Below, piece after piece: positions 12,423 through 23,728 of a DNA stretch of 64,000 bases. The translations under genes and the position numbers were made by a program. This DNA is from Octopus vulgaris (Eukaryota). Below the pieces are notes generated by a model. That model worked only from the letters and a program-made list of their open reading frames with translations, was not told the DNA's origin and did not search any database. The stretch is from the NCBI GenBank assembly GCA_951406725.2, contig OX597817.1:97712001-97776000 (forward strand), read 5' to 3'. The first letter of the stretch is position 1. The number at the start of each line of letters is the position of its first letter.

Positions 12423-15400
12423 TTATGTGGTACCATTCATACGCGACATCTGTGCTACATTCTTCCATCGTTTTTCGAACACTTTCTCAGTCAGGCATTT
12501 TCTCTCCAGCCCTATTTTCCTTTTCAGGTGGAAGATGAAGTAATTCATCAATCCAGGGCCAGAGATGAAATTGCCTGACTCTATACCTTTCAGCCTCGTC
12601 TTCCAAATCACCTCTCTCGCAATTGCAACTACAACGAGAAAACAATTCTTACCTTCTTTCGAGAGGAAATCCGGTGAGTCAATTTTTACAATAGACTCAG
12701 TCGACAGCTGTACTCTTCGTGTGTTTGACAACAGTTGTTCGGCATAAACCCACACCTCTGACACCTCCGGACATTGAACAATAGCATGCGGGACGGTTTC
12801 CCTATCCCGCTCGCATCTTGGACATGTCGGATTGCCTCGGCCACCATGCCTTGCGAGTTTGTCCCGAACAGGTAGAGCTCCTCTGTAACATTGCCATGCC
12901 AGAGACTTCTGAAAGTTGTCCAGGGTCTTCGGCCCGAATGTACGTCGGAACAGACTGGCCAGCTGATTATCATCGAGACCTAGGGTTTCCCCTAAAGTAT
13001 CGTCACATTCCGCCTCTACCAGCCCTCTATAGAAGAATGTGGTGGAACCCCCACTGCAGGCGTTGCACGAGCGACGGAATAGCAGGAGAGCATTGCGACA
13101 CTCCGTAAACCATGTGCCCAGTTTTGATCTTCGATTCAACCAGGTTTCCCATCCACCGAAACTAGTAAACTTGGGAAACATCCGTTTCACCAGCGGAGAC
13201 CACACCCGTTCACCATCCGGGTAGAGCCACAGATGCTCAACCTCAGCGCATGTGCGCACATCAACAGCCAAGGCATCCCTAGCTCACCCTTTAACGGTTG
13301 TTGACAGCAAGTAGAGCGTTTCACAAGCGGTTTCGAGCCCCTCCACAAAAAGTGAAAGAGCTGTCTTTCCAGCTTGATCAACCACGAATCAGGGCAAGGA
13401 ACGACGGATAGGCGGTAGGTGATGACCGATGCGATAAACACATTGGCTACTTCCGCCCTTCCTTTCAGGGATAGCCACCGCCAAGACCAGGTCTTGACTA
13501 CTGCAGCCACCCTGCTCGATACCTCGGCCTAGTTCTTCTCTATTTGGAGGTCTGGTCCAAACCAAACCCCTAGCAACTTAATCGGACCCTCCGTCCAACG
13601 TCCCACGACGCTGTCAGGAGGCATTGACTTGCCTCTTCAGGTGCCGAACTGCAAGCCGACTGACTTTTCCCGATTAACTTTTGCTCCTGCCACCATCTCG
13701 TAAACCTCTATGACCTTGCCTACCCTCTGTAGGTGATCCATTTCGGTTACGATGATGGTGATGTCATCCGCGTAAGCTGACACCGATTTTCCACAACCTG
13801 GCTGTCTCGGGATGCCGCTCAATTTTCGCAGTAATGGCTCAAGAGCCATCACGTACAAAAGCGGGGAGAGCGGACACCCTTGACGAACCGAGCGTTTGAT
13901 GTTGAACGGCTTCGATAAGAAGTCGTTCACCCGAACTACCGAGTCGATGTTGTCGTAAATCTGAATGATCCACCTGAGGAAGCCAAGACCCAGGCCGAAC
14001 TGTGCAGGACGGACACCAGGTAGCGATGGTCAACCCTATCAAAAGCCTTAGATTGGTCTAAATGGACCAGTGCCCCACCATTGCCATAATCACTATTAAC
14101 CCCCTCTAAAGTGTACCGCATAAGATAGAGATTATCCTGAATGGTTCTGCCGGGAACGGCACATATCTGTGCCTCCCCGATCAGACCATCCACGACACGC
14201 GCCAATCTTTTCGATAACACTTTGGCCAAAATCTTCAACTCTGTGTTTAGCAGAGTGATGGGCCGAACATTATCAATACAATCCCCCTTGTCCGGGGCCT
14301 TCTGACAAGCGTCACTACTCCCCGGCGCACAGATCTGGGAATAAACCCGTTCTGCTGCCAGTTCGCGTAGACCTCCGCCAGTAGGTTCCCGAACAAGTCT
14401 GGCATACTCTTATATAACTCATAGGGTAGACCATCTAGTCCTGGCGCCTTACCTGCGCCGCAGTCCGCCATAGCCTCAGCCACCTCCTCAGGCGTGATCG
14501 GCCTTTCACAGCTCGCCACGTCTCGCCCCGATAGGCGCGGCAGCCTGTCGGGGAGGTCCGTAAAGTCCCTCCTACTATCCGGTCCGCCGCCCCCACAGAA
14601 AAGTTGAGCGAAGTGCCCCTGAAAAGCCTCACACATCTCCTCGGGTTCGTCTATATACGCCGAATGTGCATATATTTTTCTAAATTACTCTTTTCAGTAT
14701 TTAGCTTCTTTTCCTTTTTACCAGCTACCTTGTTGGTTCGTCAAAGATCGAATTGTGGCATCATTACCACGTTGAGCCTCCACCACTCGGGCCCATCCTG
14801 CGGCGTTGATTCCCTCACAACCCACTACGCAGATCCTAGCCCTGACAATGCAGCCCATGTGTTTGGCCTCGAGGTGCTGGTTTAACGCCAGTCTCTTGGC
14901 CGTCACCTGAGGCGCAGAGCCAGTTTTCATGGCTTCCTCTAAATCCTTAACTAGAGTTGATCCCCTCCTAGCCTCTCTAGCCACTAATCCTATACTATAT
15001 CTAATAGACTCGAATTTTATGGCTCGCTTGAGAGCATACCACCATTTATTATTAATGACAGCACCAAGATAGCGCCCTCTGAATCAAAGTCCTAATCCGG
15101 TCTCTGTATTCCTTAATCGCCAAAAGGGACGTATTAAGTTTCCAATAACCGGAGCCTCTCTTATATACCTTATCTATGTCAAGCTTACAGGCGATCACTG
15201 TAGCTGACCGGGTAAAACTGTGGACACTTAGCTATTTCTCCATCTGCTTTTCTAATTAGTACTCTATCTATGCAAGACCTGGAAGATCCGTCGCTATTTG
15301 ACCATGTCCACAATGGAGCGTTCGGAAATTCCAACCTATAAGGATCTGCTAGCTCAAACCGTCTTAGCAGTTCCAAGAAGCCAGGGTTACCTTTTCTATC

Positions 15401-15875
15401 TGTACACGAGCCAACAAAATCTACTCGCGCCTGATAAATTGTGTTGTAGTCTCCTAGCACAACTAACGAATGTGAAGTACTAAGAAACTTCTCTAGCTCT
15501 CGAAAATATTCACTTTGCCCAGATGATGATGAGGGTGCATAAATTGCAACCAGTCTGCTAACTTTACTGTTACTGAACGTCAAATCCATGACGACCAGCC
15601 TACCTTCTGGATCTGAAAAAAATTAACTTTTTCTCAAAAACCCGGTTTCTTTTTAATAGTACCAACACCCCACTCCCGCCAGTAGGACTGCCTGGAGAGA
15701 AAAAACTCTCGTAGCCGTTCAACAGCGAGAGCAGATCTCTTGGCCCCTCTAACCGGGTTTCTGTAGCAACAATGACATCCAAATTCCGCGACCTGATATC
15801 ATTAAGGAAGCGACCCTGCTTCCAGCTTGATCTCAGGCCACGCACATTTAAACAACCAACATGAATGTTAGACAT
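12423..15875 (-). pseudogene. Tx1 ORF2 (EN-RT-zinc finger), multiple frameshifts
   Basis: CLNVRGL, VLGDYN, IDRVL, LDQSKAFDRV, RQGCPLSP, AYADD, CPRC...H...C. Confidence 0.92.
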
Positions 15876-15916
15876 TACTTACCTCAGTATTAGTGGTTCG
15901 GCGTTTCTTCATCCTC

Positions 15917-17217
15917 TTATTCTTTTTCCCGGGCTAGTGGCGTATTTGGACGTAGGCCCTCGTAAATATATGGAGAAAAATCCATTCTTAGCGGGCCTAC
16001 GTCGTGGAAGAATTCGGACTTAATCCACCCGTAATCCTTCCGGCTTATCTTGTAGATAAGGAGGTGTTTCGATGTAATTTTTTCAACTCGTTTGATAGTT
16101 GGGATAACCGCCAGACGGTCGACTAGTCTGTTGTTTGATGCCTTTATGGCCATGTACGTATTGTCTTTCTCTTGTTCATTTTTCTTTTTTATATTCAATT
16201 TGGGAGGGGCGGTCTGTGTTTTTTTTGTTCTTTTTCTTAGAAGTAGTCGACCACCCCTCCTCTCTGTCTTTCTCTTCACTTTCTTCTGTCGCTGGTGATG
16301 TAACATCTTTAGGTGTTGGTGATGGTGTTTCTTTCGGTGTTGGTTCTGGTGTTGTTTCATCTGGTGTTTCTTCTTTTCTTTCCTTCTCTTTAGGTTGGCA
16401 CTCGGCCATGATGTGCCCCTTCAACCCGCAGTTGAAGCGTCTCGGTTTTCTGCCTTCCACGTATACTATCAGTCTCTCGCCTCCGCCAACATTTATAGCT
16501 TCTGGAATTTCTTCTAAGGTTGCTACCTCCGCTTGAATTGCCATCGTCAAGCATTGCCCCTTCCAATGCTCTTCCTCTTACACTGAGGCCTGGAAATATT
16601 TATTTTTTCATCCAGGCCTAATGTTATTGCTGCCACTAAACAAGTAGCATCCACTTCAGGGGGCTGTTGTTTATTTTTATTTTTGATGTTCTTCTTCCCA
16701 TGTATATTGGAAGAAGAACCACCTCCTCTATTTTGAGTGTCTCCGAAGAGTACTTTTTCGCTGCTTATTCTGTTTTAAACCTTACCTCCACTGTACCGAA
16801 CCTTTTTCTACGGTTGATGTAGGTGATTTCGGGCCAAATTGGTTTCAGGCATTTTTCCACTTTTTTTCCCTCTATTCTTTGAATCATTTTTTTAACTATG
16901 CTGTACGTCTTGTAGATGATCCTTTTCCTGTTTACTGCGTCGGTCGTTCCTTCTATTGTAGCCACTGTAATTTCCGTTCCTTCTTTTTTCAACATGTGCA
17001 TATATTTTTCTAAATTACTCTTTTCAGTATTTAGCTTCTTTTCCTTTTTACCAGCTACCTCTGCGAATTTCTTCGGTGAGACTGCTGGTGTTTTTTCGTT
17101 TTGTTTTTTCGGTGTTACTGCTGGTGAACTACTTTCTTCACCTGACACAGGTAAGAAAGAGAAAGGTGTATGCATTTCCATTTTTCCACAACAAGTTGGC
17201 TTAAAAAAGCCTTTCAC
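15917..17217 (-). pseudogene. Tx1 ORF1 (zinc-knuckle protein), frameshifted
   Basis: EGRKPRRFNCGLKGHIMAEC degenerate CCHC knuckle in ORF 16176-16550. Confidence 0.8.
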
Positions 17218-17422
17218 AAAATTGGCTTCAAAAGCCTTTCACAAAAATTGGCTTAAAGAGCCACAAGATAACAATAATTTCAACAAATAGCTTTCAAAGA
17301 AAGCAAATAAAAGTTCTTTTTAAAAACAATAACAATAATTCACAGTAACAATAACAATATTTACAAGGAAAAAAATTGACACGTACCAACAACTGTAGAG
17401 GCGGCTGTTCGAGAAAACAGAC

Positions 17423-18137
17423 ATTACATACATCCAAACTTAATATAGATACTTAATGCTAGCTAATTAGCAGATAATCTAATGTAAAAGCCGTGGTAAA
17501 GTGTATGTGCACAGCTCCATCCGGACTATTCCATTCCTGCACACTAATTTTATTTTTAATTTATTCCCATTCATGTGAAACCACTTATTCAAGTTCAAGT
17601 CATTGATGCAATTTTATACCAATTGCTATTTTTACTTTTATTGTTATGTTACGATTTAATTTAGTTTGATTTTAATTATTACTTACTACATATAATTCAA
17701 TTATCATTATTATCTCTAATTTTTATTGTTAAAGTGAAAGTATCTGACATAAAATAGAGAAATGTTTTTGTTTCACTTTTAACACGTAATACTGAAATAG
17801 TGGAGAAGATATGATATTGCTATGGGTTCACCCTAGGCAAGAAGTTGAACATTTTTTTGGCCCATGAAACTACATGGGCCCTAAGTAAGACATGTGTAAA
17901 ATTGGAATGAAATTGGTTGTGTAATTCTCAAGTTTTAGGGAATCATAGTGGAGAAGATATGATATTGCTGTGGGCTCTCCCTAGGCAAAAAGTTTTTAAA
18001 ATATTTTGCCGATGACACTCCCCGGACCCTAAGTAAGGCATGTGTAAAATTTGAATGAAATTTGTTGTGTAGTTCTCAAGTTTTAGGGAAACACACAGAC
18101 AGACACACACACACATTCTCAGTTTTATATATAGAGA
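17423..18137 (-). mobile_element. Non-autonomous Helitron-like element, 5' part, with internal duplication of about 150 bp
   Basis: Minus strand begins TCTCTATATATAAAACTGAGAATGTGTGTG; 17798-17940 repeats at 17947-18088. Confidence 0.62.
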
Positions 18138-18895
18138 GATTACTGCACCTCTCTTCCAGGTACAAATGAACGCTTACTTCCTATTGAAATCATTAAGCTT
18201 AAAATGTGTTTTGCGATAATTTGAAACAAAAGTTATTCCATTTTGGCCTCGCTGTGAAAAGTAAACAAAAGTAGTTACACCACATGATTTTATTTCTGTG
18301 TGAACAGATAAAGGAATTGATTTTACTAATTTCTACTCTTTTCAAAGCTTCCTTGCAGAAAGAATAGTGAGATTAGTTGCTTATAACTATAGAGAGTGTG
18401 CCCAAACTCAACAAAATTTATCAATCTTGGTAGTTCTGTCACTGATGAAGATCTAAGAAGAACAAAAACTAGTCAGAGCGATCCCATTTTCCCTGTTCCC
18501 AGAAATAGTTTAAAATTACACCATTTCCTTTTCTTTTCAGATCAAGGCTAAATTGTATGTTTGTTAAAAGGAAAATTGTACCTTACATTTTGAATTATCC
18601 CAAAACGTTGTGTAGTGCACTGTGAATTTAATTATTTTAATCTGTGTTGCCAGTGAATGTACTGTTATGCAAATTACATTGGACCAGTTTAAGTAAGTTC
18701 TGGTTTGTATGCCCTTATCTATGGACAAAAGATGGATATTATTAGTCCAGTGAAGTTCTAAGAGGTTTAGAACGACTAATTAAAAGGATTCAATGGAGAG
18801 ATAACAATCTATGGTGTTACCACTTTGTTTATTATTCCACAACAATGCTAGAATCTAATTTAAAATGTAATTATATTTCAAATTTTCCGCTCTAC

Positions 18896-19827
18896 CGGTC
18901 ATTCTTTGCAACACCTGTCTGTATTCGGATTGTCCTTGAACCGGGGCCATCTGGACTCCCGTTTTCGCCGTGAACAGGGATTAATTTTCTCTCTTCACTC
19001 TTTTGCGCCATATGGACTCAACTCTCCTCCCCTCTTCATCTAACCCTCCTTCCCTCTCCTCTCTCCCTCTCACACCTACTTCCTCCCACCCACCTCTCCT
19101 CTCTTGCTCTGACTCCTACTTCTTCTCTTCACTCCTACTCTCCTCTCTTCTCTTCACTCCTACCCACCTTTTCCCTTCATCGTCACCCTTCCCTCGTAAC
19201 CCCACCCTACACAATCCAACCCTACCTTCTCCATCCATCCCACTCCCACCCCATCCCTTACACCCACTCCCACATACCCTACCTGTACCCCACCCTCAGC
19301 CTAACCCACACCTCACCCTTGCTTTCCATACTCTCGCTTCCCCCACATCCCAACACCACCACACCACACCACACACTACCACACCATATACCACCATACC
19401 ATACAACACCACATCACACCACCACACACGCACTAGCACTGACAACTTCCCAGCCCACACCCTCATCCACACACCTACACCTACACACACACACATCAAG
19501 GTCACCAGCCCTCTTCCACACGCACATACATGCTCTCTTATACACAGGCACGCGCATCTTCGTTTTCGGATCACCACTACTTTGTTATCTTCCCTTCTTC
19601 TTAGCTCTCCTGTGTGACTCCTCTATCCGGCATTCGCCATGATAGATCGCTAGCCACTACACATTCTTTATTTTCTCTCCTTGTTTCTTTCTGTGTTCCT
19701 TTCTGTGGAAGAGCGTAGGCATGAAGCATTAAAGACTTTTTCACTTCCCGAGTGTTAAACTAATACATCTATTTGTTGTCTACACCATCTGTCTTCGTCT
19801 TTTGCGTTTTTTGTGAATTCTCCCCCA
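18896..19827 (+). mobile_element. Penelope-like 3' fragment (GIY-YIG end, C-rich spacer, pLTR)
   Basis: TGHSLQHLSVFGL...RFRREQGLIFSLHSFAPYGLN matches the Penelope endonuclease C-terminus; pLTR-like 19620-19827. Confidence 0.7.
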
Positions 19828-19850
19828 AAATATGTACACACACACACACA

Positions 19851-19929
<79 letters not shown>

Positions 19930-21026
19930 TGATAATTCGAAGTTACCTGGTAACTATAAAATTTGGTGCTTGCAGTTCGGCTTGTACCCGCGACTTGCGT
20001 GGCCACTTTTAATATACGAGGTAGCATTGACACGAGTTGAAATCATTGAACAAAAATGTAATGTTTTCATTAGAAAGTGGCTATGCCTACCTCGTATGTT
20101 GAACAGTTCAGCTCTTTATCGTAAAAGAGGTTCGTTGCAGCTGCCAATAGCATCAATAGTCGAAATATATAAGCTGGGGAAGATACGGACAGTCATGATG
20201 CTGAGAGAATCGAAGGATATGGAAATCAGGCGTAACCCACCAGAGGTGAAAACAGCCAGGAAGTGAAAAGCAGAAGCAGAGACTGACGACATCTTGTCTT
20301 CTCTTATACACAGAGATATGGTGGGAGAAACGCAGAACCATCGGAAAGGACTTGGTTTTGGTGCAGATCAGTTCAGACCGTTTGCGAGCATGATGCGGAG
20401 TGAACGCAGATCTGTTGTTAGCAACAGCGTCAAAACAAGAGAAGCAGAGAGAAGAGAGCTTCATTTGATCCGATGTTTTCATCAAGGTCAGATGACGAGA
20501 GGGGAAGAACATGTTGTTGAGAGGAAGATAAGTTGGGATGAGATGTGGAAGTGGACGACATTTCGGCTGAGTTTCCTGATTCGTTCATCTTATGATGTTT
20601 TGCCATTACCTACGAATCTAGTAAGATGGAACGTCTCAGAGAATGACATCTGCAAATGTGGAAAAGTCGATACACTAAAACATTCTTTCCAACTGTTCGT
20701 TAGCATTGAACAGGTATACATGGAGGCACAACTTGGTCCTTAAGGTTATCTTCAATGCTATAAAGAACCAAATTCATCTCAACAACACTGAGAAAAAAAC
20801 CGTTAAATGTACCATCTAGAGATTTCGTTACCTTCGTGCGACCAGGTCAGCGGATCCGTTTCAAGAAGAAGATCAAGAAACTTCCTGAGAGAAATGAAAA
20901 GTGGAACGGCTATTGGGAGGTAACTGCAGATTTACCTGGATGCCAGGTTTTCTTTCCCATCCCAATTACGGAAAAACCAGATATTTTGATGTGGTGTGAA
21001 AGAAAGAAAGTTGTAAATATAGTCGA
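19930..21026 (+). mobile_element. HERO-like (R2-group, RLE) LINE 3' part, first half
   Basis: LPGNYKIWCLQFGLYPRLAWPLLIYE, LQLPIASI, KPDILMW..K.V.IVE. Confidence 0.85.
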
Positions 21027-22831
21027 AATTTCTTTATTACCCACTAGGGGCCAAACATAGAATTGGACAAAGCAACTGATGGGATCAGTGAAACGGTAGG
21101 AGCTTACATATAATATGGTTTTAATATACAAGATGGCGCTGAACTTACAACAAGTGTGTGTTAACGTGTCTCTCCTAAAGATTAAAGAAGTCCTTCCAGA
21201 GATCGATGTTATCAGAAGCGAAATTGTCTGCAAAGCGAATATAAGTGAGAGTACAACAAGTCACTGTATTTGAGAAGAATATTTTTGCTTTTGATATAGT
21301 AGTTGCAACTAGAACATACCTCGCGAATACATGTGTTAAAAAGCACGTGTGTTACTTCCCGAAATCGAAGTGAATTTTATTCTTTGTCCGTGAATCAACA
21401 AGACACAGTATTTTTGAGAAGGATATTTTCGTTTTTGATGTCGTATATCTGCGTGTTCTGAAAGCCTCTGAAAAATTTGCTGCTTAATACCAAATCGCTT
21501 AGGAAAATATAGAAAGTATCGTTAAATTGTTTGCATGTACGAAATCGGAACTCTAATTCCTTTTGTTTACAAAATACGATTAAGGAATATAAAAGGTCTA
21601 TCTTATCTATCTATCTTCCTTTCTTATAAAAAGGAATCACGTAAGTATTCTCTCAGCCGGTAAGGTAAGGAAGATATTATTTATTTATTATCATTAGTGT
21701 TCTTTCAACCAGAAGATAATAATTAAAAAAGATATAAAAATACGCGCTATTCTATCTTTATATTTTGTCCTCCGTTTTTGCCACACACTCTCTCCTTCTC
21801 TTTCTTACATTTCTATTTCTATCTCTCTCATACATTTTTATTATTTGTTATCATTAGTGTTCTTTCAACCAGAAGATAATAATTAAAAAAGATATAAAAA
21901 TACGCGCTATTCTATCTTTATAATTTGTCCTCCGTATTTGCCACACACTCTCTCCTTCTCTTTCTTACATTTCTATTCCTATCTCTCTCATACAGTTTAT
22001 ACCTTATCTGTCTCTCCATCCACAAGACCCTCTATTTCCGCTCTCACTCTCCCCTCCTCCCTCTCTCTCCCTCTGCCATCGTTTCTCTTTCTGCATCTCT
22101 CTCAGATCAACTTTCTCACATCTCACCCCCCCTCTCAGTTCCTCAACTTCACTCATTCTCTCTTGTATCTATATACCGCCCTCTTTCTCTCTCTCTCTGT
22201 TACTCCCCCTCCCTCTCTCTGCCTCTTTCCTCTCCGCTCCTTCACAGGTCAAACCCCTTTTCCTCTTCCCCTTCTGTTCCCTTATTTCTTTCTCTACACC
22301 ACCCTCCCTGTCCCTTTACTACACGCTGTTGCACCTCTGTTGCGCCCCCTCTCTCCCTCTTACCCCTTTTTTCTTCCGACCTTTCCTCTCCCTGCTCCCT
22401 CTAAGGCTCACCCCCTTGTCTCTTTTTTCCTCTTTCTGTCTCCTTCCTCCACACCACCCTCTCTGTCCCTTTACTTCACTCCCTGGTACCTCTATCCTGC
22501 CCTCTCTCTCTCTCCCTCTCCATTTTATCTCTCCGCCTTTCTTCTCCCTGCTCCCCCTAGGGTCCACCCTCTTGTCTCTCTTTTCCACCCTGTCCCTTTA
22601 CTTTCTTTCTACTACACCTCTATCCCGCTCACTCTCCCCCTGCTGACCTGCCATTCTTTCTCCTTTCTCTTTTTTCCCTCTTTATTTTCTCTCTTTCTCT
22701 CTTCTCTCAGGACAATCCCCTCGTCTCTCTCTCTATCCCCCCCCCCTGGCTTTTCTCCTTTCTCTTCTCCCTCTCCATCTTATCTTTCCTTCTCTCTCTC
22801 TCTTTCTGTTCCTATATTTCACTAGACGAAA

Positions 22832-23728
22832 ATGGCAAGAAACTGGTCTGCGAGAGAGGTGCAATTGTTCGTCCGCGCTTGGAAGATTGCTGAGTACGAC
22901 TCGCCGAACAATATTATTGCAGCGGCGCTGAAAAGCAACAATTTTTTGAGAACCACCGCCCAGATAGAGCGAAAGAAGCGAGAATTTATCCGTTCGTACG
23001 CTCTAATCAGGCAACATGTAGACACCCTGGAGATCATCCTAGGAGGTGACGGCACCAGGGAAGGCCAAAAGGATGAAGAAAACATCCAGAACCAAACGGA
23101 GAAACCTAGAACACAGGGAAACAATGACACATGTCCAGCTCCCAACACCACAACTGAAGACCAAAGAGGTGCGATGGCCGCAAGAAAAGAAAAGCACCCT
23201 AAAATTGATGGGAAACAGGAGGTAAAAGGCGACAAAATCAAAGCTAAAAGAAACCCTGTCCAGAGAAAACAAAAGGACCCCAGCAAGAACTATAAGGGCA
23301 AAGAAGGAAACATCTGCAAATTCTACCTGAGGGGGTCTGCTGTTACTGCGTCGAAGGTGCACACTGTCGCTTTGCACATCGGAGGCCCTACCAAAACCGC
23401 ACGGACGCGAGACAGAGGTCCCTCCCTCAGGGAGAACAAAAAGAAAAAGTTAAAAGAAGGGAAAAAAGCGCACTGACTACTACTGAAAGACAGTATGCAG
23501 ATGTGGTGCGCGGAAACCCAACAGGTGGCCAGCTTCACCCAGATGTGAGAAGGGCGGCAGCTGAACAGCAATCTTTTTTGTGCATGGCACAAAAAAATTG
23601 TTCAGCAGCTGACCTGGCTACAAGCACAAAGCTGGAACTACCACCACATAAGGCCACCTCCAACAGATGCAGGATGGCCACCACAGACACCAACACCAAC
23701 ACACACACCACAAAAATATTTCTACTGA
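22832..23728 (+). pseudogene. CR1-group ORF1: Myb/SANT-like N-terminus plus CCCH finger, two apparent homopolymer frameshifts
   Basis: NWSAREVQLFVRAW...RTTAQIERK; removing one G near 23332 gives CKFYLRGVCCYCVEGAHCRFAH; removing one A near 23595 gives a stop at 23728. Confidence 0.65.

Larger units (their letters stand above)
12165..17394 (-). mobile_element. Full-length decayed Tx1-clade LINE (element A)
   Basis: ORF1 with zinc knuckle, APE endonuclease, RT and C-terminal CCHC; AATAAA 3' end; candidate TSD gtagaagcggttgt (12151-12164) / gtagaggcggctgt (17395-17408). Confidence 0.93.

Noticed and set aside
19003-19642. P/H/T-rich ORFs
   Set aside because: C-rich low-complexity spacer of a Penelope fragment
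21925-22825. L/S/P/F-rich ORFs
   Set aside because: Low-complexity CT tract, possibly noisy consensus
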